From contig OZ251539.1 of NCBI GenBank assembly GCA_965243135.1, positions 4,128,001-4,192,000 on the forward strand: a DNA stretch of 64,000 nucleotides, in the 5' to 3' direction. Origin of the DNA: Alphaproteobacteria bacterium (lineage in GTDB: Bacteria > Pseudomonadota > Alphaproteobacteria > MPNO01 > UBA830). Each line of letters opens with the position of its first letter. Within the stretch, counting starts at the first letter, position 1. Made by a program: the position numbers and the translations under genes. The notes beneath the pieces were generated by a model. The model was given only the letters and a program-made list of their open reading frames with translations, did not search any database and had not been told where the DNA came from. Of the stretch, positions 9,212 to 20,171 are shown one piece after another.

Positions 9212-10501
9212 TCAATCCAGATAGTCGCTGTACCAGAGGCCGCCAAGCGGCAATCCTTCCTTTACCATAGCCCTGACGATTTTGTCGTCGCTCGCCCTTC
9301 GAATGCGGGAAAAACCGTCGCCTTTCTTCTCCAGAATCCAAGTTTCGTCAGGTCCAAGCGCGTCGACGAAATGCGGCTGGTGCGTCGTGACGAAAATCTG
9401 CGGCGCGTTCCTCCGCCCGGTCGCATGGCCGCGAAACTCGTCAGCCAAAATTTTCAGGAGCTTGTGATACAGCCCGCTCCCCGGTTCTTCCACGCAAATG
9501 AATGGCGGGGGATCCGGATCCTCCAGCATGAGCAGATAGGCAAGCACCTTCAGCGTGCCGTCGGACATCTGTTGCGCATAGAAAGGATCTTCGAAACTCT
9601 TGTCGTTGAAGCGCAAAAGCAACCGGCCATCGGGGCTACGCTCGGTATCGATCTTGTCGATACCCGGGACTCTTTCCGCGATCCGATTCAGAATCCTCCC
9701 GAATCCGCCTCGATGTTCACGTTCCATGAATTGCACAACGTTTCCGAGATTGTCGCCGTGGATGCTCAGGCGTCTCTGGGGGCCAACCATAGGCAGGCTG
9801 CGGGCCGCGTCCGGCGTGAAGCAACTCAAGTACCACCCTTCGACAAACTGGCGAAAAGATGCAATCCTGGGATGCTGCTTCAAAGCACCGAGCGTCGCAA
9901 TGCTGAGTCTGCTATTGTTCTGAAGTTCAACGCGCTCCGTTTTCTCGCTTTCTCCTCCCTTAGATCCCTCCGAGACTCGGTCCATCAACTTCACCAAGTC
10001 GAATCCAGTTTCTTCGTCTCCATCGATCCGCTGACCTTGCGCATCTCCTTTCCAAGCTATGCCTTTGCCTGCAATCATTATGAGGAACCATAAGGGCTGA
10101 CCGAGCTTTGGCCCTCTTTGCTGTTGTCCTAGGAGCTCATGCGAAACGTAAGGGCGCCCCGTATCGTCCTTGTCGATCGAGAGTACGTAGGTGAAGGGCC
10201 GCGTACGCGCTTGCTGTCGATAATGGATCTCGAACTTAATCGGTTTGTCGCTACCTTGGGAACGGATACTGTCGAATCCGCCCCGCCCCCGCACGTCGCA
10301 TGCTTCCTCCACCCCCAGCTTCAGGCAATCCGCCAGAAATCCGAAGGCGTCGAACAGGGCAGTCTTGCCAACGCCGTTCTTGCCGATCACAGCGGTCATT
10401 GGAGTCAACGAGGCAACATTCCGCATTTTCCACAGCTTGCCAAGCGCGACGTTCTTCAGCACCCGGTAGTTGACGATCCTGATTCCTTCGATCTTCGCCA
10501 C
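9212..10501 (-). CDS. AAA_21/ABC-type ATPase (defence-associated family)
   Basis: Walker A GKNGVGKT, signature MSDGT, Walker B CVEEP, H-loop TTHQ. Confidence 0.85.
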   Translation of the reverse strand: MAKIEGIRIVNYRVLKNVALGKLWKMRNVASLTPMTAVIGKNGVGKTALFDAFGFLADCLKLGVEEACDVRGRGGFDSIRSQGSDKPIKFEIHYRQQARTRPFTYVLSIDKDDTGRPYVSHELLGQQQRGPKLGQPLWFLIMIAGKGIAWKGDAQGQRIDGDEETGFDLVKLMDRVSEGSKGGESEKTERVELQNNSRLSIATLGALKQHPRIASFRQFVEGWYLSCFTPDAARSLPMVGPQRRLSIHGDNLGNVVQFMEREHRGGFGRILNRIAERVPGIDKIDTERSPDGRLLLRFNDKSFEDPFYAQQMSDGTLKVLAYLLMLEDPDPPPFICVEEPGSGLYHKLLKILADEFRGHATGRRNAPQIFVTTHQPHFVDALGPDETWILEKKGDGFSRIRRASDDKIVRAMVKEGLPLGGLWYSDYLD

Positions 10502-10516
10502 AGCAATGTTTCCTCT

Positions 10517-11142
10517 CTATCTCGGCGCCGCCAGCAACATGGCGCGGAGCAGGCCGCCCAGCGGTTTCAGCGGGAACGCCGCGTTCCCGGCGCATTCCCT
10601 GACGAATCGCGCGATGGTTTCGGGCGCGAGGCTCAGTTCCTGCGCCCACGCCCGGCCCTCGACAAGCGTCTCCAGATCGAGCTTTCGGGAAGCACGCCCT
10701 CAAGGACATTACGGTAAATGTCTCGAAACCAGCCTTCGTCCGCATCCTTCAGAAGCCGGTCCTCAAGATCGCCGTCGCCGGCCCGCACGCGCAATAGTCC
10801 CGAAGCACCCGTTCCACTGAGCACGGGGAATTTCTCACTGACGCGGCAGCTGATCCACGCGCGATATCGAAAGCCCGAAACAGGGATCGAACTCGTGGGC
10901 AATGCCCAGCGACCAAGCTTGCAGGCCGAGGCGCAAGAGCAGGCCGTCACCGTGACAGGAAAGGGCGGAGTCCGCGACAGCAACTTCAGCCAAATCGTCC
11001 GCCGTTAGCGCAACTCTGCCAAACTGCTCGGAGAGCGTGCCGACCAGGACCAAGCGTCAGTGCCGCATGCACGCATCGTTTCGTTGAACTGCGGCCCTGT
11101 CAGAACCTGTCCTTCGTCCAAGGACGCATCAACGCTCAACAA
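10517..11142 (-). pseudogene. Collapsed SNF2-type helicase remnant (N-terminal plus internal fragments)
   Basis: Fragments EGQVLTGPQFNETMR, GDGLLLRLGLQAWSLGIAHEFDPCFGLSISRVDQLPRQ (just before helicase motif I), LEDRLLK..., APETIARFVRE; motif I and the core are missing; multiple frameshifts. Confidence 0.6.
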
Positions 11143-11390
11143 TGACTCCCTGTGCGGCTCACGGTTGACGGTAAAATAGCATATGATCGCCAGTCCGACG
11201 AAGACAATCCCCGGCAGAGGCGTTTGCGCTGCGCCATTTTTCGTCGGCTCGGCGCCCGGCCGGCCCCCCTCGGGTCGCTCCGGACGGCCGCCGATAAGTC
11301 CGCAAGGGCCGCGCAGACGGCCAGATACGAGAACGAAAAGCGAATATCTGGTTGCCGCGGCAACGCGGCGCAAACGCTCCCCGACAAGGG

Positions 11391-11419
11391 GTTGAATCGC
11401 CGGTTCGCCCGAATCATAT
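11391..11419 (+). promoter_or_regulatory. Putative RpoH (sigma32) promoter of htpG
   Basis: GTTGAA-N16-ATCATAT upstream of a heat-shock gene. Confidence 0.45.
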
Positions 11420-11453
11420 TGCGCTCAACGAACAAGATTGGAGATCCGCACCG

Positions 11454-13313
11454 ATGGCGCAAGAAAAACTGAAATTCGAAACGGAGGTCTCGCGCCTCCT
11501 CGGAATCGTCGCCAACTCTCTCTACAGCCGCAAGGAAATTTTCCTGCGCGAGCTCATATCGAACGCGTCCGACGCCTGCGATCGCCTGCGTTACGAACTG
11601 TTGACTGCGCCGGAACTGGTTGCCGACGCTCCGGAGTTCCGGGTCCGGATCTCCATCGACAAGCGGAAGCGGTTCGTCGAGATCGACGACAACGGCATCG
11701 GCATGAACCGCGAGGCGCTGATCTCGGATCTTGGCACGATCGCGCGGTCGGGAACGTCCGCCTACATCGAGGAGCTGGGCGACGATGCGGATCTCAACGC
11801 CATCGGGCAGTTCGGCGTCGGTTTCTATTCGGCTTTCATGGTTGCGAGCGAGGTCGAGGTGATCAGCCGACGGGCCGGCGAGGACCAGGCATGGCATTGG
11901 GCTTCGGACGGGACGGGCGAATTCACGGTCGGAGAGAGCGAGCGCGGCGTCCACGGCGTGACGGTTCGCCTGAAGCTCAGGAAAGGCGAGGACGAGTTCC
12001 TCGACGCGAGCCGCCTGCGCCACGTGGCCCGGACCTATTCGAACCATATCGCGCTGCCGATCGTCCTCGTCGACGAAGACGGGAAGGAAGAGACCGTCAA
12101 CGAGGCCTCGGCGCTCTGGACGCGGCCGCGCAAGGAAATCACGGAAGATCAGTACCGGGAGTTCTTCCATCACGTGGGCGGCTTCGGCGACCCCTGGATG
12201 ACGATCCACTGGAAGGCCGAGGGCGCGCTCGAATATTCCAACCTCGTTTTCGTGCCGTCGAACCGGCCCTTCGACCTGTTCGACCCCGGACGCAAGCACG
12301 GCATGCGGCTGTTCGTGAAGCGAGTGTTCATCTCGGCGGAGGCCGAGGACCTGGTGCCGCCTTGGCTGCGCTTCCTCCGGGGCGTCGTCGATTCCGAGGA
12401 TCTGCCGCTGAACGTCAGCCGCGAGATTCTGCAGAACAACCCGATGATCGCCCGCATGCGCAAGGCCATCGTGAAGCGCGTCCTTGGCGATCTGGACAAG
12501 AAGGCCAGCAAGAAGCCGGACGAGTTCGAGACGTTCTGGGAGAACTTCGGGGCGGTTCTGAAGGAAGGACTCTACGAGGATCCGGACAACCGGGAGGCGA
12601 TTCTCAAGGTCGCGCGGTTCCATTCGACCGCCGGCGACGAGCTGACCAGCCTGGCGGACTACGCGTCCCGCATGAAGGAGGGGCAGGAGGCGATCTACTA
12701 CGTTTCGGGAGAAGATAGGGACAAGGCGCGCCTCAGCCCGCAGCTGGAAGGCTTCGCGGCGAAAGGCGTGGAAGTCCTGCTGGCGACGGATCCGGTGGAC
12801 GAATTCTGGATTCCGGCAGTCGGGGAATACGAAGGCAAGGCTTTCAAGTCGGTGACCCGCGGCGCCGCCGACCTCGACGGGATCGGGGCCGACGACGAAA
12901 AACCCGAAGAAGGCGAACGGGCCGACGACAGCAAGATCAACGCCTTGATCGCCATGTTCCGACTGACCCTGAAGGACGAGGTGAAGGATGTCCGGATCTC
13001 GGAGCGGCTCACCGACAGCGCCGTCTGCCTGATATCCGACGAGGGCGACCTCGACATCCGCATCGAACGCATGCTCAAGCATAACAATCAGCTCGGCGAG
13101 GTCTCGAAGCGCATTCTCGAAGTCAATCCGCGGCACGCGCTGGTGGTGTCGCTCGCGAATTCGGTCGGCAAGGACAAGGCTGGCCAGAACGTCGAGGATG
13201 CCGCATGGCTGCTGCTCGATCAGGCGCACATCATCGAGGGCGAGCAGGTTCCCGATCCGGCCGCCTTTTCGCGGCGGCTCAACGACGCGATGTCGGCCGG
13301 GCTCGCCGCTTGA
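11454..13313 (+). CDS. htpG: Hsp90 chaperone HtpG
   Basis: YSRKEIFLRELISNASDA, IGQFGVGFYSAF, DSEDLPLNVSRE. Confidence 0.97.
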   Translation: MAQEKLKFETEVSRLLGIVANSLYSRKEIFLRELISNASDACDRLRYELLTAPELVADAPEFRVRISIDKRKRFVEIDDNGIGMNREALISDLGTIARSGTSAYIEELGDDADLNAIGQFGVGFYSAFMVASEVEVISRRAGEDQAWHWASDGTGEFTVGESERGVHGVTVRLKLRKGEDEFLDASRLRHVARTYSNHIALPIVLVDEDGKEETVNEASALWTRPRKEITEDQYREFFHHVGGFGDPWMTIHWKAEGALEYSNLVFVPSNRPFDLFDPGRKHGMRLFVKRVFISAEAEDLVPPWLRFLRGVVDSEDLPLNVSREILQNNPMIARMRKAIVKRVLGDLDKKASKKPDEFETFWENFGAVLKEGLYEDPDNREAILKVARFHSTAGDELTSLADYASRMKEGQEAIYYVSGEDRDKARLSPQLEGFAAKGVEVLLATDPVDEFWIPAVGEYEGKAFKSVTRGAADLDGIGADDEKPEEGERADDSKINALIAMFRLTLKDEVKDVRISERLTDSAVCLISDEGDLDIRIERMLKHNNQLGEVSKRILEVNPRHALVVSLANSVGKDKAGQNVEDAAWLLLDQAHIIEGEQVPDPAAFSRRLNDAMSAGLAA

Positions 13314-13317
13314 GCCG

Positions 13318-14589
13318 TCAGCCGTTTTCCCGCAGGGCCGCGCCCGCGAGATATAGGGATCCGCAAACCAGGATCCGGTCGCAGACGGCAGCCTGTTTCA
13401 GCGCGTCTTCGAGAGAGCCGGCGATCGCTGCCGCGAGGCCCGAACGGCGCGCGGCGGCGGCCAGGCGTTCCGGCGGCGCGCCTCCTCCGGGCAAATCGAC
13501 GGCGACGAAGCGCTCCGCGACGTCCGCGAGGGGAGCGATGAATCCCTCCGCGTCCTTGCCGGCCTGCATCGCGCAGACCACGCCAAGGGACTTTCCGCCC
13601 GGCAACTGCGCGGCGGCGGCCGCCAGAGCCGCGCCGGCCGCGGGGTTGTGGCCGCCGTCGATCCAGAGTTCCCGGCCTTCCGGCAACGACGCCGGCAGGC
13701 GACCGCGGGTAAGCCGCTGAAACCGGGCCGGCCAAACCGCGCCGGCAAGGCCGGCGGCGAGGACGTCCCGCCCGAAGGCGTCGGGACGCCAGCATCTCAT
13801 GGCGGCCGTCGCGACCCCGGCGTTGATCACCTGGTGCGGGCCGCGCAGCGCCGGCCGCGGGAGGGCGAACTCCGCGCCGGCGTCGCGGAACGTCACGCCG
13901 GATTCGGTCGCCTCGACCGACCAGTCTCGGCCGGCCGCAAGCAACGGCGCGTCGATCTCGGCCGCGCGCGCTTCGATCGCCGCGAACGCGTCGGGCGGTT
14001 GAGGGGCCGCGACGCAGGGCGCTCCCGGCTTGAGGATCCCGGCCTTCTCGAACGCAATTTTTTCCCGGGTGTCTCCGAGAAAGCCGGCGTGATCGATGGA
14101 CACCGGCGTGATCACGGCGACGGCGGGGGCGGCGATCGCGTTGGTGGAATCGAGCCGGCCGCCGAGGCCGGTTTCCAGAAGCAGCAGGTCAGCCGGACGC
14201 CGCGAGAACGCGAGAAAGGCCGCGGCCGTCGTGATCTCGAAAAACGTGACGGGAGCGCCGCCGTTCGCCGCCTCGCACTCTTCGAGGAGGTCGAGAAGCG
14301 TCTCCTCGGAAATTGCGCGGCCGTTGAGCGCGATGCGTTCGTGAAACCTGACGAGATGAGGCGACGTGTAGGCGTGCACGGAAAGCCCCGCCGCTTCGGC
14401 GATCGCGCGCATGAACGCGATGGAGGACCCCTTGCCGTTGGTTCCGGCGACGTGGATCGTCGGCGGCAAGCGATCCTGCGGCCGGCCGAGGGCCGCGAGC
14501 AGGCGCTCGGTCCTGGTCAGCGACAGATCGATCAGCTTGGGATGCAGCGCCGTCAGCCGGTCGAGGACGGCGTCACTCGCCGGCGCCAT
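13318..14589 (-). CDS. folC: Dihydrofolate/folylpolyglutamate synthase
   Basis: HVAGTNGKGS, YTSPHL, ETGLGGRLDSTN, DGGHNP. Confidence 0.96.
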   Translation of the reverse strand: MAPASDAVLDRLTALHPKLIDLSLTRTERLLAALGRPQDRLPPTIHVAGTNGKGSSIAFMRAIAEAAGLSVHAYTSPHLVRFHERIALNGRAISEETLLDLLEECEAANGGAPVTFFEITTAAAFLAFSRRPADLLLLETGLGGRLDSTNAIAAPAVAVITPVSIDHAGFLGDTREKIAFEKAGILKPGAPCVAAPQPPDAFAAIEARAAEIDAPLLAAGRDWSVEATESGVTFRDAGAEFALPRPALRGPHQVINAGVATAAMRCWRPDAFGRDVLAAGLAGAVWPARFQRLTRGRLPASLPEGRELWIDGGHNPAAGAALAAAAAQLPGGKSLGVVCAMQAGKDAEGFIAPLADVAERFVAVDLPGGGAPPERLAAAARRSGLAAAIAGSLEDALKQAAVCDRILVCGSLYLAGAALRENG

Positions 14590-15469
14590 CCTCGACCGCG
14601 GCGATTTCCGCAGACGGCTCCCTTCGCGCCAGCAGGTCGAGGATGCGCGCCAGCGTATCGCGCAATTCCGACCTCGGCACCACCATGTCGATCATTCCGT
14701 GTTCCAGCAGATACTCGGCCCGCTGAAAGCCCTCCGGAAGCTTCTCGCGAATCGTTTCCTCGATGACGCGGGCGCCCGCGAAACCGATCACGGCGCCGGG
14801 TTCGGCGATCGCGATATCGCCGAGCATGGCGAGCGACGCCGAGACGCCGCCAGTGGTCGGATCGGCGAGAAGCACGATGTAGGGCAACCCCGCCTCCTTG
14901 ACCTGATCCACGGCGACCACGGTCCGCGGCATCTGCATGAGCGAAAGAATGCCTTCCTGCATGCGCGCGCCGCCCGACGAGGACACGACCAGAAACGCCG
15001 CCTTGCGGCTCGCGGCGAGACGCGCGCCGGCCACGACTCCGTTGCCGACCGCGACTCCCATCGAACCGCCCATGAACTCGAAATCGAACACTGCGGCCAC
15101 GACCCCCCGGCCGCCGATATCGCCGTGAGCGACGATGATCGCGTCGTTGCGGCCGGTGGCGGAGCGGGAATCCCTCAACCGGTCGCCATAGCGCTTGCGA
15201 TCCCGGAACTTCAGCGGATCCATGGCGCTGCCGGGCACGTCGACCTCCCGGTAAGCGCCCTTGCCGAACAGGAGATCCATGCGCTGGCGCGCCGGCAGCC
15301 GCATGTGATGGCCGCAGTGGCCGCAAACGCACAGGTTCTCGGAGAGGTCGCGGTGAAACAGCATCTGCTCGCAGGACGGGCACTGATGCCAGAGGTTGTC
15401 CGGAACGTCGGTCCTGGCGCCGACGAGAGATCTGATTTTGGGACGGACGTAGTTGGTCAGCCAGTTCAT
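14573..15469 (-). CDS. accD: Acetyl-CoA carboxylase carboxyltransferase beta subunit
   Basis: CxxC...CxxC zinc finger, GGSMG, SGGARMQEG, FAGARVIE. Confidence 0.97.
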   Translation of the reverse strand: MNWLTNYVRPKIRSLVGARTDVPDNLWHQCPSCEQMLFHRDLSENLCVCGHCGHHMRLPARQRMDLLFGKGAYREVDVPGSAMDPLKFRDRKRYGDRLRDSRSATGRNDAIIVAHGDIGGRGVVAAVFDFEFMGGSMGVAVGNGVVAGARLAASRKAAFLVVSSSGGARMQEGILSLMQMPRTVVAVDQVKEAGLPYIVLLADPTTGGVSASLAMLGDIAIAEPGAVIGFAGARVIEETIREKLPEGFQRAEYLLEHGMIDMVVPRSELRDTLARILDLLARREPSAEIAAVEDGAGE

Positions 15470-16275
15470 GCGGCGGCCCGGCGCACGGCGCGGGCGAGCG
15501 CGGCGACGTAAGCCAGCGTGCCGTTCACGGGATCCCCGCCGTTCAGTTCGTTCGCGATCTTTTCGACTATGGCGGTTCCGACCACGGCCGCATCGGCGAC
15601 GCGCGCGACTTCCGCCGCCTGCTCGGGCGTCCGGATGCCGAAACCGACGGCCACCGGAAGATCGGTCCGTCGGCGGATGCGGCTCACGCCTTCCTCGATT
15701 TCGGTCAGGGCGGCGCCGCGCGCGCCGGTGATGCCGCGCACGGAAATGTAATAGACGAAGCCGGACGCGTTCTCCGCCAGCCGGCCCAGCCGCTCGGGAG
15801 TCGTGGTCGGCGCGACGAGGCGCACCATGTCCATGCCGGCTTCCCGCGCGGGACCGGCCAGCTCGTCCGCTTCCTCCGGGGGCAGGTCGACGACGATCAG
15901 GCCGTCGACGCCCGCGGCGGCGGCGTCCCTCGCGAACCGTTCCGGTCCGTAGGCGTAAACCGGGTTGTAGTAGCCCATCAGGACGACCGGAGTGTCGCCG
16001 TCGGTTCCGCGGAACGCGGACACCATCGCGAGCGTCCGCGTCATCGTCTGCCCGGCGGCGAGAGCGCGTCCCCCGGCGCGTTCGATCGCCGGACCGTCGG
16101 CCATAGGATCGGTGAAGGGCATGCCGAGCTCGATCACGTCGGCGCCCGCGCCCGGCAGGCCGGCGAGAATGTCCGCCGAACGCGCGGCATCGGGATCGCC
16201 GGCGGTGACGAAGGTCACGAGGCCGCCGCGCCCTTCGGCGCGCAGCGCCTCGAAGCGCGGTTGCAGCCGGCTCAC
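15466..16275 (-). CDS. trpA: Tryptophan synthase alpha
   Basis: GTG start overlapping trpB stop; [30 protein letters not shown]. Confidence 0.96.
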   Translation of the reverse strand: MSRLQPRFEALRAEGRGGLVTFVTAGDPDAARSADILAGLPGAGADVIELGMPFTDPMADGPAIERAGGRALAAGQTMTRTLAMVSAFRGTDGDTPVVLMGYYNPVYAYGPERFARDAAAAGVDGLIVVDLPPEEADELAGPAREAGMDMVRLVAPTTTPERLGRLAENASGFVYYISVRGITGARGAALTEIEEGVSRIRRRTDLPVAVGFGIRTPEQAAEVARVADAAVVGTAIVEKIANELNGGDPVNGTLAYVAALARAVRRAAA

Positions 16276-17483
16276 AATTCGGCCCCCATCGCGGCGGCCA
16301 CGGAGAACACGTCCTTGTCGCCGCGTCCGCACATGTTCATGACGATCAGATGGTCCGCCGGCAATTCGGGGGCGATCTTGAGCACGTGAGCGAGAGCGTG
16401 CGCCGGCTCGAGCGCGGGTATGATGCCCTCCAGCCGGCAGCACAGGTGAAAGGCCTCCAGCGCCTCTTCGTCGGTCGCGGACGCGTACTCGACGCGCCCG
16501 GCGTCCCGCAGCCAGGCGTGTTCCGGGCCGATCCCGGGGTAGTCGAGACCAGCGGAAATCGAATGGGCCTCGAGAATCTGGCCGTCGTCGTCCTGCAGCA
16601 GATAGGTCCGGTTGCCGTGGAGGACGCCCGGCCTCCCGGCCCCCAGCGAAGCGGCGTGACGGCCGGTCTCGACGCCCTCGCCGGCCGCCTCGACGCCCCA
16701 GATCCGCACGTCGTCGTCGAGAAAGGGATGGAACAGGCCCATGGCGTTCGACCCCCCGCCGATGCAGGCCACCAGGCTGTCGGGGAGGCGCCCTTCCGCC
16801 GCCGCCATCTGCTCGCGCGCCTCGTCGCCGATCACCGACTGGAAATCCCGCACCATCGCCGGATAGGGATGAGGCCCGGCAACGGTGCCGATGACGTAGA
16901 AAGTGTCGTCGACATGCGCGACCCAGTCGCGCAGCGCGGCGTTCATGGCGTCCTTGAGCGTCGCCGAGCCGGTTGCGACCGGGACGACTTCCGCGCCGAG
17001 CAGCTTCATGCGAAAGACGTTCGGCTTCTGGCGCTCGATGTCCGTCTCGCCCATGTAGACCACGCAGGGAATGTCGAACAGGGCGCAAACCGTGGCGGTG
17101 GCGACGCCGTGCTGTCCGGCGCCGGTCTCGGCGATGATGCGCGTCTTCCCCATGCGGCGGGCGAGGAGCGTCTGGCCGAGGGTGTTGTTGATCTTGTGCG
17201 CGCCCGTGTGATTGAGTTCGTCGCGCTTGAAGTAGATTTTGGCGCCGCCGCAATGGGCGGTGACGCGGGACGCGAAATAGAGCGGGCTCGGCCGTCCCAC
17301 GTAATTCTTCAGGAGATCGCGAAACTCGCCGCGAAACCCGGCGTCGCCGCGCACCGCCTCGTAGGCCGCCTCGACCTCGGTCAGCAGCGGCATCAGCGTC
17401 TCCGCGACGTAGCGTCCGCCGTAGATGCCGAAATGCCCGCGCTCGTCCGGGCCCGCCCTGAATGTGTTTTGAGCACCCGTCAT
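16272..17483 (-). CDS. trpB: Tryptophan synthase beta
   Basis: HTGAHKINN (PLP Lys), [15 protein letters not shown]. Confidence 0.98.
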   Translation of the reverse strand: MTGAQNTFRAGPDERGHFGIYGGRYVAETLMPLLTEVEAAYEAVRGDAGFRGEFRDLLKNYVGRPSPLYFASRVTAHCGGAKIYFKRDELNHTGAHKINNTLGQTLLARRMGKTRIIAETGAGQHGVATATVCALFDIPCVVYMGETDIERQKPNVFRMKLLGAEVVPVATGSATLKDAMNAALRDWVAHVDDTFYVIGTVAGPHPYPAMVRDFQSVIGDEAREQMAAAEGRLPDSLVACIGGGSNAMGLFHPFLDDDVRIWGVEAAGEGVETGRHAASLGAGRPGVLHGNRTYLLQDDDGQILEAHSISAGLDYPGIGPEHAWLRDAGRVEYASATDEEALEAFHLCCRLEGIIPALEPAHALAHVLKIAPELPADHLIVMNMCGRGDKDVFSVAAAMGAEL

Positions 17484-17535
17484 GGCGGCGGAGTTTTAGA
17501 CCATGGAGCCGCCGTTGCAAAACGGGGGACGCCCG

Positions 17536-18177
17536 TCATTCAGCCCGGCCGGCGGCGGCGAGAAACGCGCGGATGCGATCCGGGTCCTTAACGCCCGGCG
17601 CGGACTCGACGCCCGAGGAAACGTCGACCGCGGACGCTCCGGATATGCGAACCGCGTCGGCCACGTTGTCCGGATCGAGCCCGCCGGAAAGCATCCAGGG
17701 CACCGGCCACTCGCGCCCCGCGAGAATGCTCCAATCGAAGGAGACCGCGTTGCCGCCCGGCATCGCCCCCTCCATTCGGGGCGGCGTCTTCGAGTCGAAC
17801 AGCAGCATGTCGGCGGCGTCGACATAGGCGGCGGCGGCCGCGAGGTCGGCGGGCCGCGAGATCTTGATCGCCTTCAGGACCGGCTTTCCCGTGCGCGCCC
17901 GGATCTCGGCGGCCCGATCCGGAGTCTCGCGGCCGTGGAGCTGGAACATTCCGGCGGCCGGATTCATCCGGTCGACGAGATCGTCGTCGGGATCGACGGA
18001 CAGGACGACGGGAACCACGCCGCCCGGCAGCAGCGACGAAAGCGCGCGGGCGGTCTCGGGGGTCACGTTGCGCGGAGAGCGCGGATAGAAGACGAACCCG
18101 ACGTATCTCGCTCCGGCCGAGACCGCCGCCTCGACCGCGCCGGGATCGGAAACGCCGCATATCTTGACGTCCGTCAT
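17536..18177 (-). CDS. trpF: Phosphoribosylanthranilate isomerase
   Basis: VKICG, QLHG, LSGGL, VDVSSGVE; ATG 18177 overlaps pyrF stop. Confidence 0.95.
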   Translation of the reverse strand: MTDVKICGVSDPGAVEAAVSAGARYVGFVFYPRSPRNVTPETARALSSLLPGGVVPVVLSVDPDDDLVDRMNPAAGMFQLHGRETPDRAAEIRARTGKPVLKAIKISRPADLAAAAAYVDAADMLLFDSKTPPRMEGAMPGGNAVSFDWSILAGREWPVPWMLSGGLDPDNVADAVRISGASAVDVSSGVESAPGVKDPDRIRAFLAAAGRAE

Positions 18178-18875
18178 GGGGCGAGCGCCTCCGCGATCTC
18201 GCTCGCGATGCGGCGCGCGGCGCCCGCGGGATCGTCGGATCTCGTTATCGGCCTGCCAACGACCAGCCGGTCGGCGCCCGCGGCGACGGCTTCTCCCGGC
18301 GTCGCCGCGCGCTTCTGGTCGTCCGCGTCCGCCCGGAGGGGCCGAACGCCGGGCACGACGAGTTCGAATTCCGCGGGCAGCGCGGACCGGAGCATGGCCG
18401 CTTCGCGCGGCGAACAAACCACGCCGTCGAGACCGGCCGACTCCGCGAGCCGCGCCAGGCGCATCACCTGATCGGCCGCGGGCGCGCTCTGCCCGACCGC
18501 CGCGAGGTCCCGATCATCGAGGCTCGTCAGCACCGTGACGGCGAAGATCCTGGGTGCGCCGGCGGCCGCGTCGACCGCGGCCTTCAGCATCTCGCTGCCG
18601 CCCGACGCATGGACGGTGAGCATCCAGCATCCGAGAGCGGCGGCCGACCGCACGGCTCCGGCCACCGTGTTCGGAATGTCGTGGAACTTGAGATCGAGAA
18701 AGATCCGGTGACTCCGTTCGGCGACGCGGCCGAGACCGGCCGGACCGTGAGCCGTGAAGAATTCCTTGCCGAGCTTAAGCGCTCCGACCTCGCCGGAAAG
18801 GAGCTCGGCCAACAGCAGCGCTTCCTCCAGATCCGAAGTGTCGATCGCGCAGATGATGCGGTCGCTGGCGTTCAT
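18174..18875 (-). CDS. pyrF: Orotidine-5'-phosphate decarboxylase
   Basis: FLDLKFHDIPNTV, VPGVRP, VVGRPIT. Confidence 0.96.
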   Translation of the reverse strand: MNASDRIICAIDTSDLEEALLLAELLSGEVGALKLGKEFFTAHGPAGLGRVAERSHRIFLDLKFHDIPNTVAGAVRSAAALGCWMLTVHASGGSEMLKAAVDAAAGAPRIFAVTVLTSLDDRDLAAVGQSAPAADQVMRLARLAESAGLDGVVCSPREAAMLRSALPAEFELVVPGVRPLRADADDQKRAATPGEAVAAGADRLVVGRPITRSDDPAGAARRIASEIAEALAP

Positions 18876-19253
18876 CCTTCCGTTCCTCCGCGCGGGGATG
18901 CTTTCCGCGCGTTCGGGAGCGCCCGTCGAAACCCCCGCCGCGCCGCCGCCCGCGAAAGAAAGCCGTCGGGCCGGGCGCCCGCGGACGCTTTCCGGCCGTT
19001 CGTCCGGATCGGGCCAAGCCGGGCGGCGCCTTCCGGTCTTCTCTCCGTCCCGAAGCCGCGACCGCCGCGCGAACCGTCGGCCCGCGCCGGAGTCGACCGG
19101 GGGAGGCCGTCCGAACGGCGGCGCGCGTTCATGCGCGGCCGCGGCGAGACCGAATCCGCCGGCTCGCGGAAAAGCCGGGACCGTTCGCGCCAAGAAAACC
19201 CGGGAAAAGGAAGGGCCGGAGGCCGCGGCGGTTCGGACATGAGCTGTCGGCCG

Positions 19254-20171
19254 TCAACAGCGGGACCAGACCAGTTCGGCCGCGGCGAGATCCTCGAGCG
19301 CCATGCCGACGGATTTGAACAGAGTCCTCGCCTCCGACCAGCCGGAACATTCTCCCCGGCACAGTTCCGCGAGGTCGCCGACGATGTCCTCTTCCGAAAT
19401 CACGCCGGCTTCGATGGGACGGATCAGATCTCCGGCTTCGGCAAGCGCGCCCTCTCGGCTGTCCACGAACAGCCGGCAGGCCGACGCCGCCTCGTCGTCG
19501 GCCTCGCGCATGTCGGGCCGGTAGCCGCCGACGAGGTCGAGATGGGCGCCCGGCCCGAGCCACGCGCCCCGCACCAGCGGGCTCGCGGCGAGAGTCGCGC
19601 AGGAAACGACGTCCGCCCTGCCGACGGCTTCCTCCAGATCGCCGGCCGCCGACGCGGCCATTCCTTCCGCCGCGAGCGTCTCGGCGACCGCCGCCGCCTT
19701 GGCGGGGTTTCGCCCCCAGATCAGCGTTTCGGAAATCGGCCGAACGGCCGCGTGGGCCCGCGCGAGTTCCGGCGCGAGCTGCCCGGTGCCGACCACCAGG
19801 TGCGCGGAGGCTTCCGCGCGGGCCAGATGGCGAGCCGCGAGGGCCGACGCCGCCGCGGTTCGGCGATTGGTCAGCGCCTGTCCGTCGATCGCGGCGAGAG
19901 GCGCGCCCGTCGCGCCGTCGAACAGAAGAACGCTCGCCTGGACCGCGGGAATTCCCGCCGCCGCGTTGCCCGGAAAGACGTTCGCGACCTTGACGACGAC
20001 CGGGCCGTTCCTGCGCCATGCCGGCTTGATCAGCATCAAGCCTGCCGGGCCGATCTCGTGGCGATGGCGGAGCGGCGCTTCGCAGCCTTCGCGAAACGCG
20101 TCCTGGAGCCGGTCGATCAGAGAAGGATAATCGAGCAACGCCTTCACCTGTCCGGCGTCGACGACGCGCAT
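19254..20171 (-). CDS. Ornithine cyclodeaminase/mu-crystallin family protein
   Basis: LTNRRTAAASALAA, GTG, FKSVGMALEDLAAA. Confidence 0.9.
   Translation of the reverse strand: MRVVDAGQVKALLDYPSLIDRLQDAFREGCEAPLRHRHEIGPAGLMLIKPAWRRNGPVVVKVANVFPGNAAAGIPAVQASVLLFDGATGAPLAAIDGQALTNRRTAAASALAARHLARAEASAHLVVGTGQLAPELARAHAAVRPISETLIWGRNPAKAAAVAETLAAEGMAASAAGDLEEAVGRADVVSCATLAASPLVRGAWLGPGAHLDLVGGYRPDMREADDEAASACRLFVDSREGALAEAGDLIRPIEAGVISEEDIVGDLAELCRGECSGWSEARTLFKSVGMALEDLAAAELVWSRC

Noticed and set aside
15466-17520. 684-aa TrpA with N-terminal extension
   Set aside because: The extension is an alternate frame of trpB; TrpA starts at GTG 16275
19254-20171. Ornithine cyclodeaminase-like gene inside the ihfB-lapA-pyrF block as an unusual insertion
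   Set aside because: To my knowledge this linkage recurs in Alphaproteobacteria, so it is not novel
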